A stretch of DNA of 64,000 nucleotides from an uncultured Gemmatimonadales bacterium (GCA_963793305.1 CAWBZV010000005.1:864001-928000), one strand, 5' to 3'. Numbered from the stretch's first letter, positions 31,353-41,763 are shown. Translations and numbers: made by a program. The notes: generated from the letters alone by a model not told the origin.

Positions 31353-34300
31353 TCAAGGTACCAGTTGCCGCAGGTCGTCGCCCAGATGGCGAAATTCGAG
31401 GATCGCGCCCGCCAGGATCGCCGCCGCGACGAGCGCCGCGAGGAGCTGCAGCACCCGTTGCAGCCAGCGTGGACCCGCGAAGAGCCAGACGCGCGTCACG
31501 GTGATGAGCACGCGGATCGCGACGGTCACGGCCACCAGCGTGATGGCGAGCGACCGCAGCCCTTGGAACGGGGGAATGAGGAAGGCCCCCGCCAGCACGA
31601 GTAACTCGGCCACGAACAGGACCTGCAGCCACCGGCGCGTCATGATCGCGAACAGGCTCTCCTGCGTTGCGACCTCGACCAATCCCCACAGTGCGCTGCC
31701 GAGACGGCTCAAGACGACCGCGCCGCGATTGAGCTCGGGGCGCTCGTAGTCGGTCCCGAGGCGGTCGAGCATCCGGCCCATCACGCGGCTGGCCCGAGAA
31801 ATCAGAGTCGCTGCCTGTGGGCGGTCGAGCGTCCGATCGATGTTCGTTCCGGCCGCGTACACCGCGCGCAACTGCGCCGGTGTACTCAAAAGATCGCGCA
31901 AGGCGTCAGCCGGCACGGTCGCCGGCTGATTGGCATCGATCGCCGTCGCGAGCGCGCCCGTCGCCTTCGCGACCGCATCCCCCCGCACCTGGGTCTCGAA
32001 GATCGTCGCGTGCGCCTCGGCCACCCACGTTTGCCACGTCCCGGTCTGAGCCGGATCGCGCCCGGCCATCACCGCCTTGATGAGCCGCTCCGCGCCATCG
32101 AGCCGGCCCCAGGTGAGGTCGTTCTGACGCCACCCTCGATTGAGGAAGGCGCCGAAGTTCCGAAGCGCGGTGCCGGCCAACTTCGGCGAGAGCGGCGGCC
32201 GGCGATCCACGCGCTCATTCACGATCTCGGTCGCGTCCTCCGGCGAGATCCGCACGACGTCGATGCGCGACAGGTTGCCTTGCACCGCCGTCGCGTAGCG
32301 AATCGGATAGGTCACCGAGTCGACACACTCGAACGAGTCGTACACGAACCGGACGACATCCCGGACCTCGACCCATCGCGCGTTATCGGTGGCACTCGAG
32401 GTGAAGAGCGTATCGACCAGCTGGCTCGCCTCCCGCATCGGGGGCGTGACGCGGTTCGCGACCGCGTAGGCAATGTCGTCGAACGCCTTCCACTGTTGCC
32501 CCACGAGTTGGTCCGCGTAGGCGAGCCGCTCGGTCTCCGTGGGGAGCGCCAGCAGCTTGGCGACGCTCTCGTGCGTCAGCGCCGCCGCATCGACCGCGAC
32601 GGCGAGCGCGTTGACCGGCGTCTCCGGTTTGCCGCGGGCGCCCCGGGCCGTCAGTGTGTCCTGCGCGCGGCGCAGGGACTCGTAGGCTGTGCTCAGCGTC
32701 TTCGAGAGCACCGCGATCGCCCGTTGGATATTGACCACATCGTCAGGCGTCCACGTGGTGCGCGCCCGCGCGAACAGGCTGTCCTCGGGCTGCTCGCGAT
32801 CGGGCATGACCCGATCGATGTTGGCGCGGATGGCGTCCACGAGACGATCGGTGCGGTCGTCCATGGCCGACAGGGTGTCGAGCCGCATCAAGGTGAGATC
32901 GAGGCGTCGCAGGCGATAGCTGAGGTCGAAGCGAAACAGAAAAGCGTTTTCGGTCTCTCGCGCGTCGCTCGCCGGCGGCGCACTCGTGGCCGCTGGAATG
33001 GTCTTCGACACGGCCGGCGCGTTTTTCTGGTGCTCTTCCGCGAACCGTCGCTCACGCCACGCGCGGGCGAGGTAGCGAATCGCCCGCACATCATCGGATT
33101 CGGCCGGGAATCCCGCGAGCGTCGCGATCACGTTCGCGAAGTCATCGGTGACGCTCGCGACTTTGAGCCGGTGAAATCCGGCGTAGGACGGCCCCAGTTT
33201 GTCGATCCGCTCCTGCAACCCTTCGGACGCCCAAGCATACCCTTCAGTGCGCATGACGTCCGCGCGCTCCTGGAACGTCGCCGGTGAGCTCCGAAAGCAC
33301 TTGCCCGCGATCAGCACGCTCAAATTGCCGTTGGATCCGCTCAGGATGCGGTCCACCCGGTCGATCAACTGGTTGCGTTCCGCCACGCGTTGGAGCTCGT
33401 CGCGAATCGTCTCTTGGCCCGCCAGCGTGAGCGCGGCGATCGTGTTCTCTACGACCGTCGGCCGCGGCACCGGCGCGCCATCGGCAGTCGCCACAATGAC
33501 GTCTTCCGGGTGCTGCGGCGACGGCTCGACGTAGATCAGCTTGCGGTCCATCGGTTTTGTCCCGCGCACCGCCGACAACGCGTCGATGGCGTAGCTGAAC
33601 GGCTTGTTGTCCAGGTACCCGCCGTCGCCGAACGCGTGATTCTGCACGTCATAGATGGCGCTGTCGGTATCGACCGAGGGCGGGGCGACGTACTCGGGGA
33701 AATACCGTTGCCACCGGGTCGTCGGCCCGGCTCCCAGAACAGTCACGATGTCCCTGATCTGCACGGGCTCGAACGCGATCGGAAAAGCCGACGTGCACCT
33801 CGCCGCGAACGCCAGCATCGGGTTCTCCGATGCCGCGAAGTCGTCGGCCACCTTCGGCGCGAAGCGAAACCGGAAGAATTTGCGATGCCAACTCTCGGTC
33901 ACGCGTTCGTCGGACAACGACAGGTAGATGGGCAGCCCCTGAATGTCCGTCGTGGTGACGAAGCAATCGATGCTGTCAACCAGCGCTCCACGGCTGGCGG
34001 CTGCTGCCTTGGACTTGTCCATCCCGTCGAACGCGTTGTACAGCAGCTTGAGCATGCGACGACCGTTGAGCAGCGACGGCGGCGGGTCATCGAACGGAAT
34101 GTGCGGGAGGGCCGACTGCTTGTCGTAGAGCAACGTGCTCATGTCGGCGAGTTGGATCCATAAGCTCGCCAGCTGGTCGAGCTGCTGGCCGTGCGCGAGC
34201 GCCTTCGCCAGGTAGATGCCGTTGATCCCACCGGCCGAGGTGCCGGAAACGATGTCGACAATGAAGCGGGTGTAGATGGTTCCGGGCCCGCTCGAACTGA

Positions 34301-34541
34301 CCCGGTCGCTGTGCAGCACCTTGGCGAGGCGCCGGTAGACCCGCTCGGTCGGGGTCAACTCTTCGTCGGCGAAGCGGGCGACGGTCGGATCGGTGGGATC
34401 CGGCGCCGTCGCCCGCACCATGCCGAGCAGTTCCTGCACGACACCATTGATGTACACCGCCAGCGACACGCCGCCGTAGAGGACCACGGCGAACCGCAGT
34501 TCTCGCCGCACATCCATTGCCGGGCGGTTCAGGTCGGCCAT
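31353..34541 (-). CDS. Patatin-like protein with DUF3376-type C-terminus
   Basis: ELRFAVVLYGGVSLAVY, GTSAGGING, DGGYLDNKPF, KLAG...FGAF...WRQNDLTWGRLDG; C-terminal TM helices. Confidence 0.88.
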   Translation of the reverse strand: MADLNRPAMDVRRELRFAVVLYGGVSLAVYINGVVQELLGMVRATAPDPTDPTVARFADEELTPTERVYRRLAKVLHSDRVSSSGPGTIYTRFIVDIVSGTSAGGINGIYLAKALAHGQQLDQLASLWIQLADMSTLLYDKQSALPHIPFDDPPPSLLNGRRMLKLLYNAFDGMDKSKAAAASRGALVDSIDCFVTTTDIQGLPIYLSLSDERVTESWHRKFFRFRFAPKVADDFAASENPMLAFAARCTSAFPIAFEPVQIRDIVTVLGAGPTTRWQRYFPEYVAPPSVDTDSAIYDVQNHAFGDGGYLDNKPFSYAIDALSAVRGTKPMDRKLIYVEPSPQHPEDVIVATADGAPVPRPTVVENTIAALTLAGQETIRDELQRVAERNQLIDRVDRILSGSNGNLSVLIAGKCFRSSPATFQERADVMRTEGYAWASEGLQERIDKLGPSYAGFHRLKVASVTDDFANVIATLAGFPAESDDVRAIRYLARAWRERRFAEEHQKNAPAVSKTIPAATSAPPASDARETENAFLFRFDLSYRLRRLDLTLMRLDTLSAMDDRTDRLVDAIRANIDRVMPDREQPEDSLFARARTTWTPDDVVNIQRAIAVLSKTLSTAYESLRRAQDTLTARGARGKPETPVNALAVAVDAAALTHESVAKLLALPTETERLAYADQLVGQQWKAFDDIAYAVANRVTPPMREASQLVDTLFTSSATDNARWVEVRDVVRFVYDSFECVDSVTYPIRYATAVQGNLSRIDVVRISPEDATEIVNERVDRRPPLSPKLAGTALRNFGAFLNRGWRQNDLTWGRLDGAERLIKAVMAGRDPAQTGTWQTWVAEAHATIFETQVRGDAVAKATGALATAIDANQPATVPADALRDLLSTPAQLRAVYAAGTNIDRTLDRPQAATLISRASRVMGRMLDRLGTDYERPELNRGAVVLSRLGSALWGLVEVATQESLFAIMTRRWLQVLFVAELLVLAGAFLIPPFQGLRSLAITLVAVTVAIRVLITVTRVWLFAGPRWLQRVLQLLAALVAAAILAGAILEFRHLGDDLRQLVP

Positions 34542-34639
34542 GCGTCAGTATGGAACCCCAGTACGACCTTCGCAACACACTCACAATGTCAAGATTGTGT
34601 TTCGTTGACGGGCGTCGAGACTACCCTAGCTTGAGTAGC

Positions 34640-37045
34640 ATGCTGGATACTCTACGCCAAGACGCCCGCTTTGCCCTGCGTCAACTCCGGGTCGCGCGAT
34701 CCTTCTCGGTCGCCGCGATCGGCACACTCGCTTTGGGGATCGGTGCGACGGTCGCGGTCTTTAGCGCCGTCGAGGCGGTCGTCCTCCGACCATTTCCGTT
34801 CACCCAGCCCGACCGGGTCGTCAATCTCCATCCGGCGCGGAATGGCGCCGCGATCGCGGTCTCGTCAAACCTCGAGTTCGCCACCTGGCGCGAGCTCCCT
34901 CACGCGTTCGATAGTCTCGTCGCGATCTCTCAGGGGGCCTCGTTCATCCTGAGTCGCGCGGACGCCCCTGAGGTGCTGACGGGCGCCCGCGCGTCGTCCG
35001 CATTTACCCACGTGCTGGGCGTCGCGCCGGAGATCGGGCGTGGATTCTCTCCGGCGGATGAACAACCAGGAGCGCCACACGTCGTGCTCCTGAGCCACAC
35101 GCTCTGGATGCGGGACTATAACGGAACCCGTACTGTGCTCGGCCAGACGGTGCGGCTCGATGGCGACACGTACGTCATCATCGGCGTGATGCCCGCTTCG
35201 CTCGACGCGGTCAGCACCGGTGCGCAACTCTGGGTCCCGCTGACCCTGTCGTCCACCGACCTGCAGGACTTCAAGGCGCGCTACCTCCAGATCGTCGGCC
35301 GGCTCGCGCCGGGCGTGTCACTTGCGCAAGCGACCGCCGCGGTCGATGCCTCCGAGCGGAAGCTCGCGGCGGAGCACCCGATGTGGGGCACGGGATATAG
35401 CGGGCAGGTGACGCGATTCTCCGACGACATGATCGGCGCCTTCCGCACGCGGCTCTTCATTCTGCTGGGCGCGGTGTCGTTCGTCTTCCTCATTGCCTGC
35501 GTGAACGTCACGAACCTCCTGCTCTCGCGCGGCAGCGCGCGCGTGCGCGAGATGGGCGTCCGCACGGCATTGGGCGCGAACCGCGGCCGGCTCATCCAGC
35601 AGCTGCTCACCGAAAGCGCCGTCTTGAGCGCGTGCGCCGGCGCCGCGGGCATAGCGCTGGCCTATGCCCTGATGAGAGCCGTCGTGGCCGCCAGTCCACC
35701 CGGCATCCCCCGGATCGAAGAGACGCGCATTGATGGCGCGGCGCTCCTTATCGCCATCCTCGCGTCCGCCGTGTGCAGCGTGCTCGTTGGTCTCTTTCCC
35801 GCGTTTCGTAGCGCGAAGCCAATGCTTCGAGGGGGCTTGAGTGAGACCAAAGACCGCGGTCGTGCGCGTGGCGCGCTGGTTGCCGCCGAGGTGGCGCTGG
35901 CCATGGCGCTCTTGGCCGGCGCGGGACTGTTGATTCGTTCCGCATGGGCGATCAGCCACGTCGACCCCGGGTTCGACGGCCACGATGTGCTCACCGCACA
36001 AGTGCTGCTCCCGCCCGCGCGGTATGACTTCGCCAATGGGGTCGTCACCTACAGGGCCATTCGGGATGCCGTCGCCAGGACCCCGGGTGTGCAGCAGGTC
36101 TCTCTGACGTCGTCGGCGCCCCTCACGCCACCCATCCAAGTCGGCATCGGCGCCGAAGGCCGGCCGTACATCGACGGCGAGCGTCTCGTCACCAACGGGT
36201 TTATGGTGAGCCCCGATTACTTCGCCACGATGAAGCTGCATATGCGCTCGGGCCGCGACTTCGCCCAGACGGACAACGCGAACGCGCCGCTCGTGGCTAT
36301 TATCAACCAAGCGCTGGCGAAGAAGCTCTGGCCGAATGAAGACGCGGTCGGCAAGCGCTTCGAGGGCATGGATCCCAGCCACCAGCACCTCATGCAGGTG
36401 GTGGGCGTCATCGACGATGCCAGGACGATTGGTCTGGAGCAGGCTCCCACGCCCGAGTTCTACATCCCGTTCGAGCAGGTCCCGCCACCGCTCTGGTCCG
36501 GCCTCGGCGGCTCACTCATCATCGCCGCGCGTACGGCGACCGACCCTGCGATGATGGAGCGCGCCCTCCGCCAAGCGGTGGCCAGCGTTGACCCGAGTCT
36601 GCCGCTTGCCCAGGTCGCGACGATGGACCAACTGGCCCGTACATCGCGCGCCACCGCGCGCTTCAACACGCTGCTGTTAGGGCTACTGGGCGCGATCGCG
36701 CTCCTGTTGGCGAGCGTCGGCGTCTACGGCGTGATCGCCTACTCCGTCGCCCAGCGCACCCGCGAGATCGCCCTCCGGATGGCCCTGGGCGCGACACCGC
36801 CCGCGATCGCCGCGCTCGTGGTGCGCCATGGACTCACGCCGATCGTGATTGGGGCGGTGATCGGCGGCGTGTTGTCCGCGGCCACCACGCGTCTCTTGCG
36901 CGAGCAACTCTACGGCGTGGGGCCCGGCGATCCCACGACGATTCTGGCGATCGCCACGCTCCTCCTCTTCGTCTCGCTCGTCGCGGCCTGCATTCCGACC
37001 TGGCGCGCCATGACCATCTCGCCGGCTCGCGCATTGACGGCATAA
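34640..37045 (+). CDS. Duplicated MacB/FtsX-type ABC permease (ADOP-like orphan permease)
   Basis: QDARFALRQL, LIACVNVTNLLL, RE..VR.ALGA, GVYGVIAYSVAQRTREIALRMALGA. Confidence 0.9.
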   Translation: MLDTLRQDARFALRQLRVARSFSVAAIGTLALGIGATVAVFSAVEAVVLRPFPFTQPDRVVNLHPARNGAAIAVSSNLEFATWRELPHAFDSLVAISQGASFILSRADAPEVLTGARASSAFTHVLGVAPEIGRGFSPADEQPGAPHVVLLSHTLWMRDYNGTRTVLGQTVRLDGDTYVIIGVMPASLDAVSTGAQLWVPLTLSSTDLQDFKARYLQIVGRLAPGVSLAQATAAVDASERKLAAEHPMWGTGYSGQVTRFSDDMIGAFRTRLFILLGAVSFVFLIACVNVTNLLLSRGSARVREMGVRTALGANRGRLIQQLLTESAVLSACAGAAGIALAYALMRAVVAASPPGIPRIEETRIDGAALLIAILASAVCSVLVGLFPAFRSAKPMLRGGLSETKDRGRARGALVAAEVALAMALLAGAGLLIRSAWAISHVDPGFDGHDVLTAQVLLPPARYDFANGVVTYRAIRDAVARTPGVQQVSLTSSAPLTPPIQVGIGAEGRPYIDGERLVTNGFMVSPDYFATMKLHMRSGRDFAQTDNANAPLVAIINQALAKKLWPNEDAVGKRFEGMDPSHQHLMQVVGVIDDARTIGLEQAPTPEFYIPFEQVPPPLWSGLGGSLIIAARTATDPAMMERALRQAVASVDPSLPLAQVATMDQLARTSRATARFNTLLLGLLGAIALLLASVGVYGVIAYSVAQRTREIALRMALGATPPAIAALVVRHGLTPIVIGAVIGGVLSAATTRLLREQLYGVGPGDPTTILAIATLLLFVSLVAACIPTWRAMTISPARALTA

Positions 37046-37088
37046 CTCGCCGAATTTACCCGATGTCGTGTCCGGTAGTCCCATAGAT

Positions 37089-37358
37089 ATGGAACTCAAT
37101 GTGGGACTCGGACAACTGCAACGGGTGTTTGGCGAGTGGGCCGGTGTCTTCGGCGGCGGCGAGTGGGTGATGATCGGTGACGAGCGGAAGCCGCTCGCGT
37201 GGCTCCTCACGAGCCTCTCGCGCTGCCAGGATCAGATGCCCTCGTCCGTCTGCGTCGTACTCGACATGGACGATGGCTCGACCTTCGCCCAAGCCGTCCG
37301 CTCCATTCGCGCCCGCCGCCGCCAAAAGCCCCGGCGCTCCCGCAAGCGGCTGGCATGA
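37089..37358 (+). CDS. Small hypothetical protein
   Basis: Open frame filling the gap; no recognised motif. Confidence 0.35.
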   Translation: MELNVGLGQLQRVFGEWAGVFGGGEWVMIGDERKPLAWLLTSLSRCQDQMPSSVCVVLDMDDGSTFAQAVRSIRARRRQKPRRSRKRLA

Positions 37359-37371
37359 GTTAACGTCCGCT

Positions 37372-37777
37372 ATGGCCTCCATAGCGGACGAGATCAAGCG
37401 AGAGAAGATCCGGCGCGCGAGACTCGCCGGCCCCGACTGCGTCACGAGACAGGCGACCGTCGCGGAGCCGGAAGCCCAAGCCGACCAATACGTCGCCGGG
37501 CCTCATCTACATGCTGAACGGGGCACGACAGCACAGCTACACGGATCCCTTCGACCGGACGAGTCCCCCGATCGTGATCGGCCCGCACTGGATGATCCTG
37601 TGGCCCTTTGATGCCAAGGCTGCCGGGATCGGGACCATCATGCGCGATGGGGGCACCATGGTCATGTTCGCCGGCACCCCGTATGCCCACCTGCACGTCT
37701 GCGGCTCGCCGTGGGACGGAAACGAATACCATCCAGGCGACCGCGCCGTGTGGACGATGACCTACGCCCGCCCTTAG
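37372..37777 (+). pseudogene. Probable internally deleted hypothetical gene
   Basis: N-part MASIADEIKREKIRRARLAGPDCVTRQATVAE changes frame near 37470 into KPKPTNTSPGLIYMLNG...GPHWMILWP...AGTPYAHLH; as I recall the family, an intervening segment is missing. Confidence 0.55.
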
Positions 37778-37940
37778 CGCGCGGTGTACACCGTTGCGAC
37801 GATAGCGACCACGGCGTAGATCACCGTGCTGGCGGGCAGCTTGTCGCCGAATTCCGACATGGAAAGCAAGAGTCTGTTGATCGTATGCACGGCTAGCAGA
37901 CGAAAAGCACAAGCCGTGCGCAACGCGCCGGGAACTATAT

Positions 37941-37960
37941 ATTCAACCCGATGGTTGAAT
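37941..37960. promoter_or_regulatory. Palindromic operator upstream of the DUF899 gene
   Basis: Perfect ATTCAACC-CGAT-GGTTGAAT, immediately after a TATATA/TATATT -10-like element. Confidence 0.65.
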
Positions 37961-37982
37961 GTATCACAAACCGGGGAGACAA

Positions 37983-38738
37983 ATGCCGAGACATGAGACC
38001 GGAACCCGCGAGGAGTGGCTCAAAGCGCGCCTCGCGCTGCTGGACGCCGAGAAGGAGCTCACGCGGCACAGCAATGACGTAGCGCGGCGGCGGCAAGAAT
38101 TGCCTTGGGTGCCGGTCGAAAAAACCTATCGATTCGACACGGACGATGGGCGCGCCTCACTGCCGGACCTCTTCAAGGGCCGCTCGCAACTCCTCGTCTA
38201 TCATTTCATGTTCGGCCCCGACTTCAAGGCGGGTTGCCCATCCTGCTCCTCGATTGCCGACGGATTCAATGGCATCGCCGTCCACCTCGCCAATCACAAC
38301 GTCATGCTGTGGGCGATCTCGCGCGGGCCGCTCGCCAAGCTCCAAGCGTTCAAGAAGCGGATGGGCTGGACGTTCCCGTGGGCGTCATCGGGCGACACCG
38401 ACTTCAACGCCGACTACGCGGCCTCGTTCACCGACCAGCAACAGCGCGAAGGCATCGAGTACAATTTCCGACGCGAGGCCCCCGTGGACATCACCGCCGG
38501 AGGTACCGACATCGACCACGCGGGCCAAGCCGGAACCGATGACCTCACGTTTCTGCGTGAGCGGCCCGGCGTGAGCGCGTTCGTGCTCGAGGATGGCGTC
38601 GTCTACCACACGTACTCCGCGTACTCCCGCGGTGTCAATGGCCTGTGGGGCATGTATCAGTGGCTCGACCGCGCGCCCAAGGGGCGCAACGAAGCGAAGG
38701 GCGTCTGGTGGCGCCATCACGACCGGTACCCGAGCTAG
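37983..38738 (+). CDS. DUF899 thioredoxin-like protein
   Basis: REEWLKAR..LL..EKELT, LFKGRSQLLVYHFM, GCPSCS, YHTYS.YSRG. Confidence 0.9.
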   Translation: MPRHETGTREEWLKARLALLDAEKELTRHSNDVARRRQELPWVPVEKTYRFDTDDGRASLPDLFKGRSQLLVYHFMFGPDFKAGCPSCSSIADGFNGIAVHLANHNVMLWAISRGPLAKLQAFKKRMGWTFPWASSGDTDFNADYAASFTDQQQREGIEYNFRREAPVDITAGGTDIDHAGQAGTDDLTFLRERPGVSAFVLEDGVVYHTYSAYSRGVNGLWGMYQWLDRAPKGRNEAKGVWWRHHDRYPS

Positions 38739-39679
38739 GCCAAAAACTGCTTGACGAGCACGGCGGTGTCGTCGGGATTCTCCTCGGGGAAGAAGTGCCC
38801 GCCCTTCATCGCCTGTCCATGCGCGGACGGAGCCCATTGGCGCCAAATGCCGAGTGGGCCGCCGTCCTTGGCGTAGAAGCTGTCGAGCGGGCCGCCCTCC
38901 GCCCACAGATGCAGCATCGGACATTCGATTTGCTTGCCCGCTGCCTTGTCGGCCCGATCGTGGTCGACATCGATCGTCGCCGCGGCCCGATACTCTTCGC
39001 AGATCCCGTGCACGCGGGCCGGATCGCGATACGTTGACAAATACTGCTCGAGAATCTCCGGGCCGAATGAGCCGTGGCCGAAGGGATTGTCGAAGGCCGC
39101 CTTGGGCGCGCCGAGCAGATAGCTCTCCGGAAGCGGCGCCAACTGCGAGAGCAGGATCCACGGCCAGTAGGTTCGTGCGAAGCGTGCGTCGGATCGGTCC
39201 CACGCCTCCATGATCGGGATCACGTCGAAGACCGCGAGACGCTCCACGTGCGTCGGATGGTCGAGGGTGAGACGATAGGAGACCCGTCCGCCGCGATCGT
39301 GGCCGATCAGTATGAACGTTGGAAAGCCGAGCTTGTCCATCACCTCGACCAGCTCCTTGGCCATCGCGCGCTTGGAGTATGGAAAGTGATCGTCCGTGGA
39401 CGCGGGCACGCCGCTGCGACCGTAGGCCCGCAAGTCGACGCAGATCACGGTGTGATCCACGGCCAGCTTTGGCGCCAGATAGCGCCACATGAGGCTCGTG
39501 CGCGGGAAGCCGTGCACCATCAGAATCGGCGGCCCCTTGCCATACCGGCGCCCGAAGATCGTGTTGCCGGACACGTCGACTTGAAACGTCTCGAACGGAT
39601 CCATAGGAAAAACACCCTCAGTAAGAGCTGCCACCGTTGCGACCGTTAGGGCGCCCAGAAAAGTACGCCGTTGCATCAT
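38735..39679 (-). CDS. Haloacetate dehalogenase-like alpha/beta hydrolase, possible Tat signal
   Basis: HGFP, DLRAYG, GHDRGGRV (Asp nucleophile), EEYRA, GHFFPEE; N-terminal QRRTFLG. Confidence 0.82.
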   Translation of the reverse strand: MMQRRTFLGALTVATVAALTEGVFPMDPFETFQVDVSGNTIFGRRYGKGPPILMVHGFPRTSLMWRYLAPKLAVDHTVICVDLRAYGRSGVPASTDDHFPYSKRAMAKELVEVMDKLGFPTFILIGHDRGGRVSYRLTLDHPTHVERLAVFDVIPIMEAWDRSDARFARTYWPWILLSQLAPLPESYLLGAPKAAFDNPFGHGSFGPEILEQYLSTYRDPARVHGICEEYRAAATIDVDHDRADKAAGKQIECPMLHLWAEGGPLDSFYAKDGGPLGIWRQWAPSAHGQAMKGGHFFPEENPDDTAVLVKQFLA

Positions 39680-39721
39680 ACGGTCTTGATCTCGCCGCCA
39701 TCAATGCGCACATCGCTCCCG

Positions 39722-39917
39722 GCTGCGGGACCGCACCGGCAATATTGAGCAGCGCATCAATGCGATCGAGCGCCCGAGTGAAGGCGTCGATGGTCATCGC
39801 CAGCCCGCCGAACGAGTACGAATAGTGGCGCCCGGTTGGGACCTCGGTAAATCCGAAGCCCGGAAGATCCGGCGCGATCACCCGATACCGCGTCGCGAGA
39901 CGCGGGATGAGCTCGCG
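39722..39917 (-). pseudogene. Mosaic remnant: alpha/beta hydrolase fragment fused to an SDR-like fragment
   Basis: RELIPRLATRYRVIAPDLPGFGFT...TIDAFTRAL runs into DRIDALLNIAGAVPQ; no proper start or full domain. Confidence 0.6.
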
Positions 39918-39997
39918 AGGGCAATCGAGGCGCGGCTGACGAATTGGTGTCGGATATCCGACAGTGACGAACTGTCGTCGTGCGATCAGATTGTGGC

Positions 39998-40651
39998 ATG
40001 TTCATCCCACTCGCGTACGAGCGTCTGTCCATCGCGGAGTCCCTGGCCAGAGCGACCGACTTTTACGATGTGATGCGGCGGCGGCGCACGACGCGCCACT
40101 TCTCGCCAGAGCCCGTTCCACGCGAGCTCATCGAGCTGGCGATCCACACCGCCGGCACGGCACCATCCGGTGCACACCTGCAGCCGTGGACGTTCGTCGC
40201 CATCTCCGATCCCGAGCTCAAGCGCCTGTTGCGGGAAGCCGCCGAGGCAGAGGAGCGTCGCTTCTATCAAGAGCTCGCGCCGCCAGAATGGCTCGAGGCG
40301 CTGGCGCCACTCGGCACCGATGAGCACAAGCCACATCTGACCGACGCACCATGGGTCGTCGTGCTGTTCCGGCAGGTGTACGGGATGCGCTCAGACGGTG
40401 GCAAGCGCACGTACTATTACACGCAAGAGTCCTGCGGCATCGCGGCGGGCCTCTTCATTGCCGCGGTGCACCGGATGGGTCTGGTGACGCTGACACACAC
40501 CCCGAGCCCCATGGGGTTCTTAAGCGAGCTGTTGGAGCGCCCGGCGAACGAGCGCGCGATGCTCGTTATGCCGGTCGGGTATCCGGCGCCCGACGCCCGC
40601 ATACCGGATCTCGAGCGCAAGCCACTCGCGGAGATTACGGTGTGGAAGTAA
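39998..40651 (+). CDS. Nitroreductase family, iodotyrosine deiodinase-like
   Basis: RRRTTRHFS, TAPSGAHLQPW, EERRFY, LGTDEHKPHL, ESCGIAAG, THTPSPM, VGYP. Confidence 0.85.
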   Translation: MFIPLAYERLSIAESLARATDFYDVMRRRRTTRHFSPEPVPRELIELAIHTAGTAPSGAHLQPWTFVAISDPELKRLLREAAEAEERRFYQELAPPEWLEALAPLGTDEHKPHLTDAPWVVVLFRQVYGMRSDGGKRTYYYTQESCGIAAGLFIAAVHRMGLVTLTHTPSPMGFLSELLERPANERAMLVMPVGYPAPDARIPDLERKPLAEITVWK

Positions 40652-41180
40652 CCGCGTGAAATTCGATGGCATAGTCCACGGGTCCACCCAGATGGGGACT
40701 CGTGATGTGCGCGATCATGCGCAGACGTTGCCCGCCGTCTTCCACCACGTATTGAAAGGCGCTGCCGCCGCTTCCGGCGTCGCAAAATTGCGTCAGCGTA
40801 TCCGCGACCACGGTCTCGTGCGCGCGGCAAACGTCGCCGTGGCCATTGTCCCAACGGATGATCGCGCCAGCGCGAGGTAACGTCATCGCCTTGCCCGAAT
40901 CTCCCTGCGTGCCAACAGAGTCCGCGAGAACGATCACGCGAAGTACGCCCGGTAATGTGTTGGTCTCGAGCAGCCGGCGACGAGCGATCCGGTGCGCGGT
41001 CGGCAGCATCCCGTGTACCCCTCGATCAACGGCCTGCTGTACGGCCGGAAGCTGCCCGGTGTCCGGCGCATACGCGTACTGCCCCGGACGCTCGAAGAGA
41101 GCGCCCGAAGCAGTGCTGTCCTGGGCAAGGGCGCTCCGTCCAACAACGACGAACGCGACAATCCACCAGGCGCGAGTCAT
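40635..41180 (-). CDS. Hypothetical exported protein
   Basis: Signal peptide MTRAWWIVAFVVVGRSALAQ; starts 1 nt after the upstream stop. Confidence 0.6.
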   Translation of the reverse strand: MTRAWWIVAFVVVGRSALAQDSTASGALFERPGQYAYAPDTGQLPAVQQAVDRGVHGMLPTAHRIARRRLLETNTLPGVLRVIVLADSVGTQGDSGKAMTLPRAGAIIRWDNGHGDVCRAHETVVADTLTQFCDAGSGGSAFQYVVEDGGQRLRMIAHITSPHLGGPVDYAIEFHAVTSTP

Positions 41181-41181
41181 A

Positions 41182-41763
41182 TCAGAGCGCCGACCGAACG
41201 ACGCGCTGCACGTCGGACTGCGCCGACTTGAGCTTGAACGCACCAATGAGCATGATAATTCCGCCAACGACCGCGAATCCCGATATCAGTCCCATGATCG
41301 CCGCCAGCGTGGCGCCTTGATAGTAGAAGGCGAAGCCGCCGGCAACAATGCTCAAAACCCCAAATGCCATCGTCCAACCCCACGGCAGGTCGGCTGCTTT
41401 CTGCTGCACCGACACGTATACGCCGATTGAGCCCGTCAGGATGAGCCACCAGGCGGCCCAGACCACCGCGAAGGCCAGCGACAACACGGGATAGAAGAAC
41501 AGGGCGGCCATGCCGAATCCGACGCTGACGATGCCGCCGAGGAGCATGAGCCACCAGTGGTTGTACAGCGGCTTGAGATCGAACGAGTGCACGATGTTCG
41601 TGAAGCCATCGACGAGCGCCCAGATCGCGATCACGAGCGCGAACGCGGCAACCGACTCGAGTGGCCGCGCAAAGATGAAGATGCCGAGCGTAATCGAGAA
41701 CAGGCCGCGGAGCACGAGGCCCCACCAGGCGCGATTGAGTATGGTGGTCACGTCCTTAGGCAT
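41182..41763 (-). CDS. HdeD/DUF308 membrane protein
   Basis: WWGLVLRGLFSI.LG...P, six TM helices with W....G....AG repeats. Confidence 0.82.
   Translation of the reverse strand: MPKDVTTILNRAWWGLVLRGLFSITLGIFIFARPLESVAAFALVIAIWALVDGFTNIVHSFDLKPLYNHWWLMLLGGIVSVGFGMAALFFYPVLSLAFAVVWAAWWLILTGSIGVYVSVQQKAADLPWGWTMAFGVLSIVAGGFAFYYQGATLAAIMGLISGFAVVGGIIMLIGAFKLKSAQSDVQRVVRSAL

Noticed and set aside
37774..37860. Minus-strand mini-ORF MSEFGDKLPASTVIYAVVAIVATVYTAR
   Set aside because: Too short, no clear translation signal; resemblance to a transporter motif may be chance
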